Below, in pieces: positions 54,343-64,000 of a DNA stretch of 64,000 nt. The notes under the pieces were generated by a model that made no database searches, was not told where the DNA came from, and was given only the letters and a program-made list of their open reading frames with translations. Within the stretch, counting starts at the first letter, position 1. Each line of letters opens with the position of its first letter. The position numbers were made by a program, and so were the translations under genes. Source of the stretch: Octopus vulgaris (Eukaryota); contig OX597840.1 in NCBI GenBank assembly GCA_951406725.2, positions 20,894,001 through 20,958,000 of the forward strand, read 5' to 3'.

Positions 54343-55843
54343 TTAAAATGAAACTTCCCTGAGTCTTGCGTTTACACTTCAACACGATTTCTTGGAAAAG
54401 CTGTACACACCAATCATGACAATAATCACACACACACAATCAGTTTTAAGAGGAAGTAGGGTGTATTACTGGTATTTCTATTATTAATCTCTGAAGGGAT
54501 GAAAGGTGAATGCCTGAAAGAATTGATGCTTATTGTTATCGGGGTTTTTTTCGACCCTTTCAGTAACAAGTGTACTTTGTAATGTCATTGTTACTGCTCC
54601 AGCATGGCCACAGCCTTAGGGCTTGTGTGCTGGCACTTTGCAGGACTAATCAATGACAGACAAACAGACAGAACGGAAGAGGTGGGGGTGGAGCAAGATA
54701 GAGAAGCACCAGCATTGATAATATCTTGGTGAAGAGAATATGGTAAGATTTCATCTTGTGATCTCACAGTCACTCCATCATTGGAACACTGCCACTTCTG
54801 TCTGTCTGTCTGTCTGTCTCTCCTTCAAATACACTTACACTCAGTGACGTGTGTACACACCCATTACATCCGACAAACTCCCGGGACGTGCTGCTTCCTT
54901 AAACTATCCTTTATTTATCCAAGCTGTACCATCACAAATATGGATTCCGAATTTTGGCACAAGGCCAGTAATTTCAGAAGGGTTAAGTCAATTAGATCGA
55001 CCCCCAATGTTCAGCTGGTTCTTATTTTATTGACCCTGAAAGAATGAAAGGCAAAGTCCACCTTGGTGGAATTTGAACTCAGAACATAAAGACAGATGCT
55101 TGTTGCTATGAAGCATGTTGTTGCCTGCTGTGCTAAGGATTCTTATTTCTTTACTACCCACAAGGGGCTAAACATAGAGGGGACAAACAAGGACAGACAA
55201 ACGGATTAAGTCGATCACATCGACCCCAGTGCGTAACTGGTACTTAATTTATCGACACCGAAAGGATGAAGGGCAAAGTCGACCTTGGCGGAATTTGAAC
55301 TCAGAACATAACGGCAGATGAAATACCGCTAAGCATTTTGCCCGGTACGCTAACGTTTCTGCCAGCTCATCGCTATCATGAATACTCTCTGCAAACAGCA
55401 TCCACCCGGCTGCCAAACAAACATACAAGACATGTCAGACAATTTTAATTAGTGGAAAGTGAGGAAAATTAGAAAAAAACTTGATGACAAAGCAAATGGG
55501 TTAAAAAAAAAAAAATTAAAAAGATACAAAAAAAGAAATCATTCAAAATCATATCTAATAAAAAAAAAATTTTAAAAAAGTTCAGGTCAAAAACAATAAC
55601 AACAAAAATAGACATAGAGACATCGAAAGATATTTACAAAAACATCAAACAACAACAACTGCAACAATGAGAGAATAGGGAAAAAAAGTTGTCATGCAAA
55701 GTTACTGATGGAAGCAGGCAGAAACCGGAATGCAGTAAAGATGATATTGAAAGCTCTAAAAGTATCATGCACACACACAGTATATATTAATATAGCAGTT
55801 CTTTTTTTTTTGGGTTTTTCTGGTTTTAAGCGCTTGCTTTTTT

Positions 55844-56044
55844 CTACAGCTTCTCCCTGATATCAAACGATTTCTTCCATGCAGCACGGACTTGTTTAAT
55901 GTGTGGCTTTAAAAGACACTGCTCTCCTTCTCCTGCACCTTGGTGAACGCCTGTCGTTGAGCTCGGGAGACCAGAGCTCACAAGATCAAACCTCTCTCCA
56001 ACCCCTGCCGTCCGCCCCACACTCACACGGTGAAGAGAAAAGAT
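55844..56044 (-). CDS. Candidate alternative terminal exon of the unidentified gene
   Basis: ctgac branch point and gttttcag acceptor; open 67-codon phase-0 frame IFSLHRVSVG...KKSFDIREKL*. Confidence 0.5.
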   Translation of the reverse strand: MFSLHRVSVGRTAGVGERFDLVSSGLPSSTTGVHQGAGEGEQCLLKPHIKQVRAAWKKSFDIREKL

Positions 56045-56391
56045 CTGAAAACATCAGTCAGAAATGAATGACAAAAGTGGAGGGAAAATAACAAAGGAAA
56101 AAAAAAAAAAAAAGAGAAGAAAAGAGTTTCAGATAAGAAGACTTAAAGTGCGTTGTCTACCACCACCACCACCTCCACCGAACTCACCCTTGGGATATTA
56201 TATATCCGTCCCCGCCCCCTCACATCCCCTCAGCTTAGATAAATGATGAGATGAAGTGCAGACGAGATGAGTGCCAAGTAAAGAATAAGGAGGTGGGGGG
56301 AGGGGCTTGGTTTGGTGAGTGAGAGAAGAGAGAGAGAGAGAGAGAATGAGGAAAAGATCCTGGTGAGATGAGAGCTGGCAATGACATGGGC

Positions 56392-56436
<45 letters not shown>

Positions 56437-56440
56437 TCAC

Positions 56441-56557
56441 CTGGAGCATCGGCTTAACAATGTTGAACTGCATCGGAGGGTAAGCAAAGTCTGGGTTTCT
56501 CGCTTTGAAATCGTATCGCGGGTAATGATGGATTGGGTGTGGCACAAAATTTGTGGG
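56441..56557 (-). CDS. Internal exon of the unidentified gene
   Basis: cttctcttgtag acceptor, CAG|GTGAGT donor, 117 nt; PTNFVPHPIHHYPRYDFKARNPDFAYPPMQFNIVKPMLQ. Confidence 0.7.
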
Positions 56558-57232
56558 CTACAAGAGAAGATCCAGCCAGGAGTGAGAGACGGCGCAAAGT
56601 CATCAACTTTGATTTAAGACTAACGAGGTGAGACTCGCAAAGAGAATGGGTGGGTGGTTGCAGATTTGGGTGCCAGCAAAAACACAAGAGGAATTTTGTT
56701 TTCTCAAAGAGCCAGATCAAAGGGACCGATAAGGACAGAGGTTACTCAGAAGATATTCGAAACACAGGAATGAGAACAAGACAACCAATTCTAGACCAGC
56801 AACTGCAAACAGACAAAACCATCCACTTATTTGATAAGGATTCTAACATTTTTGTCCAGTGACACTTGTTGAAGGTGTATCAACACTATGGTTACCGGGT
56901 TCAGATTGCATTCGCAAGGTTCTGGGTTCAATCTCAATGTGCTTGTGCTATTTCTTCAAGTGGCCCAAGCCTTCTAAGTGAAATTTGAGTCGATGGAAAG
57001 TGTGCAGAAGCCTGTTATTCTGCAAGGGGAGTTTTTATTTTTTCGGCAACAGACTGAATTCTCTGTCATCTTTGAGACTTTGGCACCATCTTTGGGTACC
57101 TTCAACAGGGTCCACTGTTAACATGTGAACCAGAATCTCGATAACTTGGTATCCTGATTTATTCCATCCTACTGCAGCAGCGTCCCAGCAATTCTGGTTT
57201 CTTCCCCTACTCCCACCAACCAACCAACCAAC

Positions 57233-57284
57233 CAATTTCAGGGACCCTGTGGGACATCTCATGGCTGTTGATGTAGTTTCTCCT
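57233..57284 (-). CDS. Candidate internal exon
   Basis: Long pyrimidine tract and TAG acceptor, TTG|GTTGGT donor; phase 2 to 0, GETTSTAMRCPTGSLKL, joins 56557 in frame. Confidence 0.5.
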
Positions 57285-59275
57285 CTAAGGCAACAGTAAA
57301 AAAGACAGAGAAAAAAAGAAACAAAAACAAAACAATAGCCTGTACAAAGTTCTAACAGATAGAGCAGACCAAAGTGTTGTGAACTTCGGCTTTGTTGCTA
57401 TAGCTACGAAACAAGGATGAAGGACAAAACATCACCTTGAAAATATCAAGACTTGCTGGACATCACACATCCACGAAGTGAAATATGAGACAAAGATAAG
57501 ACCAACAGGATAAAAAAAAAACCTCTTCGAAGAAAAAAACTTGAAGCCATCCATGGTTCCAATAAACAACAAAGTTAACGATAAGTTTGAACCAACGAGG
57601 CACCTTTTGTGCTAAAAATAGCAGCCATTATTCCAAAACATAACACCTTACCATATAAATAAGAAGACAGAATATAGTGGGTAGGGGAGTCACAGCTGGA
57701 AGGTCTCTGATCAATTCTTGGTGGTGGGCTGACAAGTCCCTTAACCCCTTGATGGTTGTTGGGGCACTGCAGTTATGCAGCACAGGTAGGGCAAGAAAGC
57801 CTGGTGGAGCCTATCCCTCTCCAGGCTAAACTCCTTTTAACCAGCTGAGTGGACTGGAGCAACGTGAAACAAAGTGGTTTTGCTCAACAACACAATGGAT
57901 CACCCAGTCCGGGAATCGAAACCACAATCTTACGGTCACGAATCCAACATCCTAACCACTGAGCGATGTGCCTCCACTTGATGGGCCAAGGGAGCTAAAT
58001 AATGATGGAAAATAAAATAAAAGGAAACCTAATCACCATTTTAATCGTAACAGAGTGAACCAGAAGCAAAATATTTATCCCTTTAGCATTTAAACCAGCC
58101 ATATCTGGCCCGAGTATTCTTCCTTGTTTTATAACTCAAACCAGCCAGATCTGGCTTCTCACACCTACCCTACAATGTCATTCTAAAAACAAACAACTGC
58201 CTCATCAAAATATCGAAGCTATGAGATAATGCATGATTAATTAAGAACAAGGTGAATGAACAAGGGTCACATCTAAAGGAAAAACCTGAATACTAAAAGG
58301 CTGGGCTGACAAAAGATCCACAAGATCTCCTCGTTTAATTCTAGCCATTCTACAGGAACAAGAATTCAGAGGAAAACACACTGGATCAAAGAAGTAACCG
58401 AATACCTAATAACATGACTGTGAGTAGCATTGGGGGTGGGCTGACAAGTCCCTTAACCCCTTGGGGGTTGTTGGACTGAATTAGAGGCATTCAGAAGATC
58501 TAAGATGCATGCTTGTATTTTCTGATTTACATTCTGGTTTTTGTTGCTGAAGACACGATACCAGTAATACTCAAAGGTCCAAATTTATACAATGTCCCAC
58601 AGCGCCTCATACTGACTTAGAGACAATGCGACTCCTCAGGTTTAGCAAGAAAAAACCCCCAAAAAAACAATAAATAAATAAGCTGGTGGTCATAAACTAC
58701 ATTGATTGATATCTCAAGAAGACATTATAAGCTATAACAAAGATCTTTTTCAAGATCTAGCAACTAAAGAATGTATATAGGTAAATGGGTGACCCCGTGA
58801 CAGACAGACAGACTTGTACAATGTTCAGGGAAAACTGTTGGCCTGTCTGCTCAGCCAGAGGGGAGGCATCATTCAAAAGCACTGTGACAAGCAGTGTGTA
58901 GCAACATTTGACAGTCTGATCGATACAGTGATATCATCTGGATTAATAACTTCATATTTATATAATATTTTTAAAACAGAATGAGATGGAAAACTCAACT
59001 AACAACTGTTGCCAGTGCACAGAAACAATTGTTGTGATTTGTGATTAAATTCTGTTCGTTCCATCTTCTTGCTATATGTCTGAGTGTATATATAAAACTG
59101 ATGACAATGAAGTGAAGCTCACAGTTTCCTGTTCAATTTCTAAACTCTGATCTGCAATTCAGATGAAATAATTGTTATTTCAATATTTATCTTTCTGCCC
59201 AAATAAAACCAGAGACTTCAATATGGTGCCACGATAAATGGTGAGAAAAAAGATGCAGAATCGATACAGACATCT

Positions 59276-59399
59276 TTACAAAGAGTGTTTGAAGAAACTC
59301 TTAGAGCAGTCTCGAGCAGACATGTTGCTGAATGTAGCAGCCAGATTAGCAGATGGAGATGGGACAAGCAGGGTTTCACAAATGTATGAACTGACAAAC
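59276..59399 (-). CDS. Candidate alternative terminal exon
   Basis: ttttttttccatag acceptor; phase-2 frame FVSSYICETLLVPSPSANLAATFSNMSARDCSKSFFKHSL*. Confidence 0.35.
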
Positions 59400-60299
59400 C
59401 TATGGAAAAAAACTTAACGAAGATCTTGTAAGGTTAACAACAATTAGTATCACCCAACTTCATTCAAAATTTGTCCTTTTTTTTGTTATTTGCCCAATTT
59501 GATGTCATCTGGAATGAGGAATATTTTTTTCGTCTTCTCTTGTTTTCATCATCATCATCGTTTAGCGTCCGTTTTCCATGCTAGCATGGGTTGGACGGTT
59601 CAACTGGGGTCTGTGAAGCCAGAAGGCTTCATCAGGCCTAGTCAGATCTGGCAGTGTTTCTACGGCTGGATGCCCTTCCAAAAATTGCAAGCCCATTGAC
59701 TAAATGATCGTCCTAACTGAACAACAAACAAGATCATTAACCTTAATAGCTGTAACGAACAGGTGGACTGAGATAACCTGATCCAAGTCGAGCCGAGGTT
59801 ACAAAGAAACATTTTTTGTCCTGTACTTTTTTTTGTTTAGTATTCCAACATGAAGGGCGGGGGAAAAAATAAAGAAAAAATTTAAAATCAAACATGCAAA
59901 AAAAAAAAAAGATCCCTTTGCAAAATAGAAGGGGTGGAAAAAAAAAAGGGAAGACATCATTATATGCATGAACAGACAAAAAAAAAAAAGAAAATTTGAA
60001 TTAAAATAAAACATCAATAGTTGAGTAAGTCATGTCATTATAGCACAGAAAGAAATGTAAAAAAACAGAAATAAGTAAACAAACACATCATGCCAAGGGT
60101 CTAGACAAAAAACAAAAACAAAAAACAAACCAAGTCTCTGCTGTAAGAGAGAGAGAGATGTAACATGCTTCAAAATGGTTTAAATCTGTCATTAATATCA
60201 GAGCATCTAATTATATAAACAGACGAACATATTTTGTACGTGATATTGGACGACATCAATAAGCAACTAACTAGAAGCATTAAGTCTCAGATCTTTGAG

Positions 60300-60770
60300 G
60301 TTACATTTTGGTTATAAGATGCAAATATACACAGACACAACAAGCACTCCGACACACAGACAGAAAAAATTCTTGGGCTTCCGTTTCGGAGCCGATATAA
60401 ATTTCGGTCCTGAGCAACTGTTGGCACTCTAACAAGGCCCCTAAAATATGCCCCCGTCCTGCCCCTCCGTCCCCCCACCACTATATAGAGTCTGTAGTTC
60501 TCATCAGATCCCTGAAACGATGCACCTCCTTCCAATCACTGACATCCAAGACCACACGCAGAACAAAGCCATCCACCTGATCCCTAAACCTACAAATCTT
60601 CCGCCAGTGATACGCTGTGCCCTTGCTCTGAGTCCCTTGGTACAGCAACCGCAACCACACCCTCTGCCCTTCAACAACCACTGACTACTACACCTCACCA
60701 AACCCAAAACCCCCACACAATCCACCTACTTTTCAGCTTCTTTCTCACTCCCATTAAGCCACTGTCCCTT
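60300..60770 (-). mobile_element. Possible degenerate LINE ORF1-like fragment
   Basis: GC-richer block with ORF remnants (VVEGQRVWL); composition similar to the 39.6-41.5 kb element. Confidence 0.25.
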
Positions 60771-62506
60771 TATCAAATATGAAAAAAGAAAAAAAAGAGA
60801 GCCCTCAGACCTTTACATTAACCTCCAACTCTTCAAACCCTAAAGCCCAACAAAAAAAAATCTTTCTGAATGAACTGGAACCCCAACAGTTAAAAGAAAT
60901 GGCTTTACTTCTCTGGGTACAAAGATGGAAATAAATTACACAGAAACTCACAAACCAAATAACAATGTGTATATAATAAAGAGGAGAAGGTTATTTAATA
61001 AGAAAAAAAACCATTTCCTCCATTCTAGTCTCTACACTTCGATATGATCTCAACTTCGCATGTCTCACATTCAACCAAAACAAACAGCAACAAAATCATT
61101 TAATGCCCACTTGTCTATGCTGGCAGGAGTTGGAAGAAACTTGCCAAGGCAGATTTTCTACAGCTGGATGCCCTTTCTGTCACCAAACCTCACCTGTTCC
61201 CAAGTAAAGTAATACTCCCCGGTAATCAAACGTTTTCCCAGAAGATCAGAAGTGATAGACACCGCTTGTATGACAGGGACACTCATTTACAACTACCACG
61301 TGATGTCATGGGAAGGAGACAGTAACACACACGCACACATGCATATGAAGGAATCCACTTGCTTCATTCACTAGGCTCCGGTTGCTCCAGAGCTACACTA
61401 GAAGAAGGCGCTTGCCCAAGATGCCACAAAGTGGGACTGAACATAGAATCACGTGGCTAGGAAGCAAGCTCCTTAACCACACAGCCACACCTGAGCCCCT
61501 TCTTTGGACAAAACTGTTTCACAATCTAGAGACGGCTGCATCCGAACTAGGCCCTTAACTGCAAACCAAATTTCAGTGGATTAGATTACTAAGTCAAGCG
61601 TAGGGTATAGTGTCTGGTAATGCCCTAAATGAAGTCCTTTTGTGTGTCTGGCTAAAGTAATCAGGTTGTGGACAAACTGATTCCAAAGAAATTTTGAATA
61701 TAGAGAGAAAGACCTTCCCACAGAAACACCAACACAACAGCACCCACGACAGACCCACCCCATGCCACTACGCACCAAACAATCAAAGAATGTGGAGGTG
61801 CATGGATTAATGGTTAGGGGTGTTGGGTCCATGATTGTAAGGTTTGTGGTTTCCATTCCCGGACCAGGTGACACATTGTGCTCTGGAGCAAAACACTTCA
61901 TTTTATGTTGTGCCAGTTGTCTACTCAGTAGGCAAAAATGAGTAATCCAGGGATGGACTGGCGTCCTATCCAGGTGGGGAATTAATACACCATGAAACTG
62001 GGGAACTGGCCCTTATGAGTCTAGAACACTCATGACATGAGAAGATAACTTTACCTTTAAATGATCAAAGAGAAAGATCTAGAATATATAAATAAATAAA
62101 AATTTTTAGATCAGCTCAAGTATATTTGGACATATTTAGCCAGTACAAAGGCCGTGTTCACTGTTAATTTGTCGTGGAGGAATTTTCGCACTTCAGTCAA
62201 TAGGTGTCCAGTGTTGCAAGCCAAGGAGCTGGAATTCACCATTCAAACGACTGTTGGCGTTTTTCAACAACTATCGCCAAAAGTGAGAAAGGTTCCCCAT
62301 GGCAAATTAGCACTGAATACTGCCTTCTTACAGGGACAAATATGCCCCAAACATATTTCAACTGTTCAAAAATGAAGGACTTTGGACAGTTCTGACATGA
62401 AGGGAACTAACTCAAAAATGCCAGGCTATATATGCCATATTACACACCATAGCACTAACATCAGTGACCCATTACTCAGTCACTGAGGGTTAAAAACTTA
62501 ACTCAC

Positions 62507-62525
62507 CTTGTCAGTCTTATCAGAT
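62507..62525 (-). CDS. 19-nt micro-exon of the unidentified gene
   Basis: ctgatttcag acceptor, AAG|GTGAGT donor; LIRLT(R) in phase 1 to 2, or SDKTDK in phase 2 to 0. Confidence 0.5.
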
Positions 62526-64000
62526 CTGAAATCAGTGGTGATATGATTCCACCTTGATTGCCGTGGGTAGAGAGCTTGTCTCCCTTGTCAATCATTGGAA
62601 AAGTGCTCTCATGGGGCTAAGAGTTATTTTAACTCTTATTTCTAGCAATGCTGGTGCTCACTAGCACCCTCCGTCACTTTAGTGACGACTATACTTTAAT
62701 CTATATACACACACACACATGCTCGCAGCAAATTTTTCAGTCAGTATATCCATCACAAGATAATTTGTCGTTCTGCCTGGCACTAATAAAGAAACAAGAC
62801 AGTCTTCTAGTTTATCCACAGTTTGGTTTTTAAATAACCCCGAATCAAGTTTTGAATTAATTGCAAACAACAAATTCACAACTCTTCTTCCTCAAGTCAA
62901 AAACTAATTTCAATAATTACTTCTTTCTATTTCTGATGTTAATTAATAACAGTTAATGTTAGTAAATTTCACCCTTGTTATCACTCAACCCACACACACA
63001 CATCACGTATGGGATGAAGAAGTCGTACAGATGATGGCTTTGAATTATGTCAAGCAGTGTTACGGATGCAAATTTAATGAACGCAAAATGCAAAGAGAAA
63101 GGTGTAGGATTAGTAAAACACTCTTAATGGCAATATTCTGAGCTAAAACCCTGAAAAAGTGACAAGATACCAAGAGAATTACAAACACACATCATGAGAC
63201 GACGTGTGTATACAGTGTGTAGAGCATATACAGATACATATATCACCTGAAGCATATTTCATGTGGCCCTGTGTATTATGCACATATACACATGCACATC
63301 ATTTTGTTTCGTATCTGAATTCCCATGCAAATATCACCAACTTGTACTCATTTCTCAAATAAGAGAAATGCATGTATGTATAAATAAACACAGTAAATAG
63401 ACACCCTACATTAACCCTTTTATTGGTGCAGTCACTACCTGGTGCTTCAAACTCGTTAATGCATTATACACAAGGTATGTCTACTAAATACGGGATTAAG
63501 TAATTAAATGCACCAAATGACATTATTTTCTCACAAAGGTGTCTGTTTACTTTTGAGAGGTCTGTGCATACATACCTACATACGGATATATATTCATACA
63601 CACATTCACACACAAATATATATACACAGATATCGTGTATAGATGTAAAAATTGCCAAGCTAACTCGTATTATGAATTACATGTCTCCTTGGCCATAAAG
63701 AGGCCAGAGAAGAGGTGCTTAGCTTTGAGTTTTGTAGTGGGAGAGACGTAACATTGAAGATAACATGCCCTGAAAATCTCAAACCTATGCCTGACAGTTA
63801 ATTAAACCAGTCCCTGTAGAAGGTGTCCAGCTTCAAAACCGAACAAAAACTGGTTTCTGAATTCCCAAATTAGTTCAATACCTTTTTCACCTTCACGTTG
63901 TTTCTAATTGTCATATTACGAAGGCAAGAAAACGAGTAAATATAACAATAAAGCCATATGTACCTGGAGGGAGAGGATCATTTAAGACCAGACATTATTC

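Noticed and set aside
62055-62078. 24-nt candidate exon on the minus strand (IFLFDHLK)
   Set aside because: The donor comes from a SINE tail (AACTTTACCTTTA) and the phase-2 frame contains a stop; likely cryptic
63930-64000. CCAG|GTACAT possible minus-strand donor at the window edge
   Set aside because: All three upstream frames contain stops; unsupported as a coding exon

Overview
AT-rich, microsatellite- and SINE-saturated animal genomic DNA. The repeat families strongly resemble those of octopus, so a coleoid cephalopod source is an inference. Two protein-coding genes can be assembled by hand. (1) A complete + strand gene (putative TATA/non-coding exon 1 at ~24.8 kb; 8 coding exons 29576-44070, all GT-AG and phase-compatible) encodes a 387-aa secreted protein with two tandem, highly diverged SOUL/heme-binding-protein-like domains joined by a dibasic linker. 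The second domain is Cys-rich and carries several N-glycosylation sequons. (2) The 3' end of an unidentified - strand gene (62.5 kb to ~51 kb) has micro-exons and several candidate alternative terminal exons. The rest is tRNA-derived SINEs (at least 4 families), CR1/RTE/L1-like LINE fragments, mariner and maT fossils, mariner/piggyBac MITEs, two non-autonomous Helitrons, and many (TA)n-anchored inverted repeats. Several of these inverted repeats carry hammerhead-ribozyme motifs typical of Penelope-like elements. Nearly all ORF-track ORFs are microsatellite or SINE artefacts.
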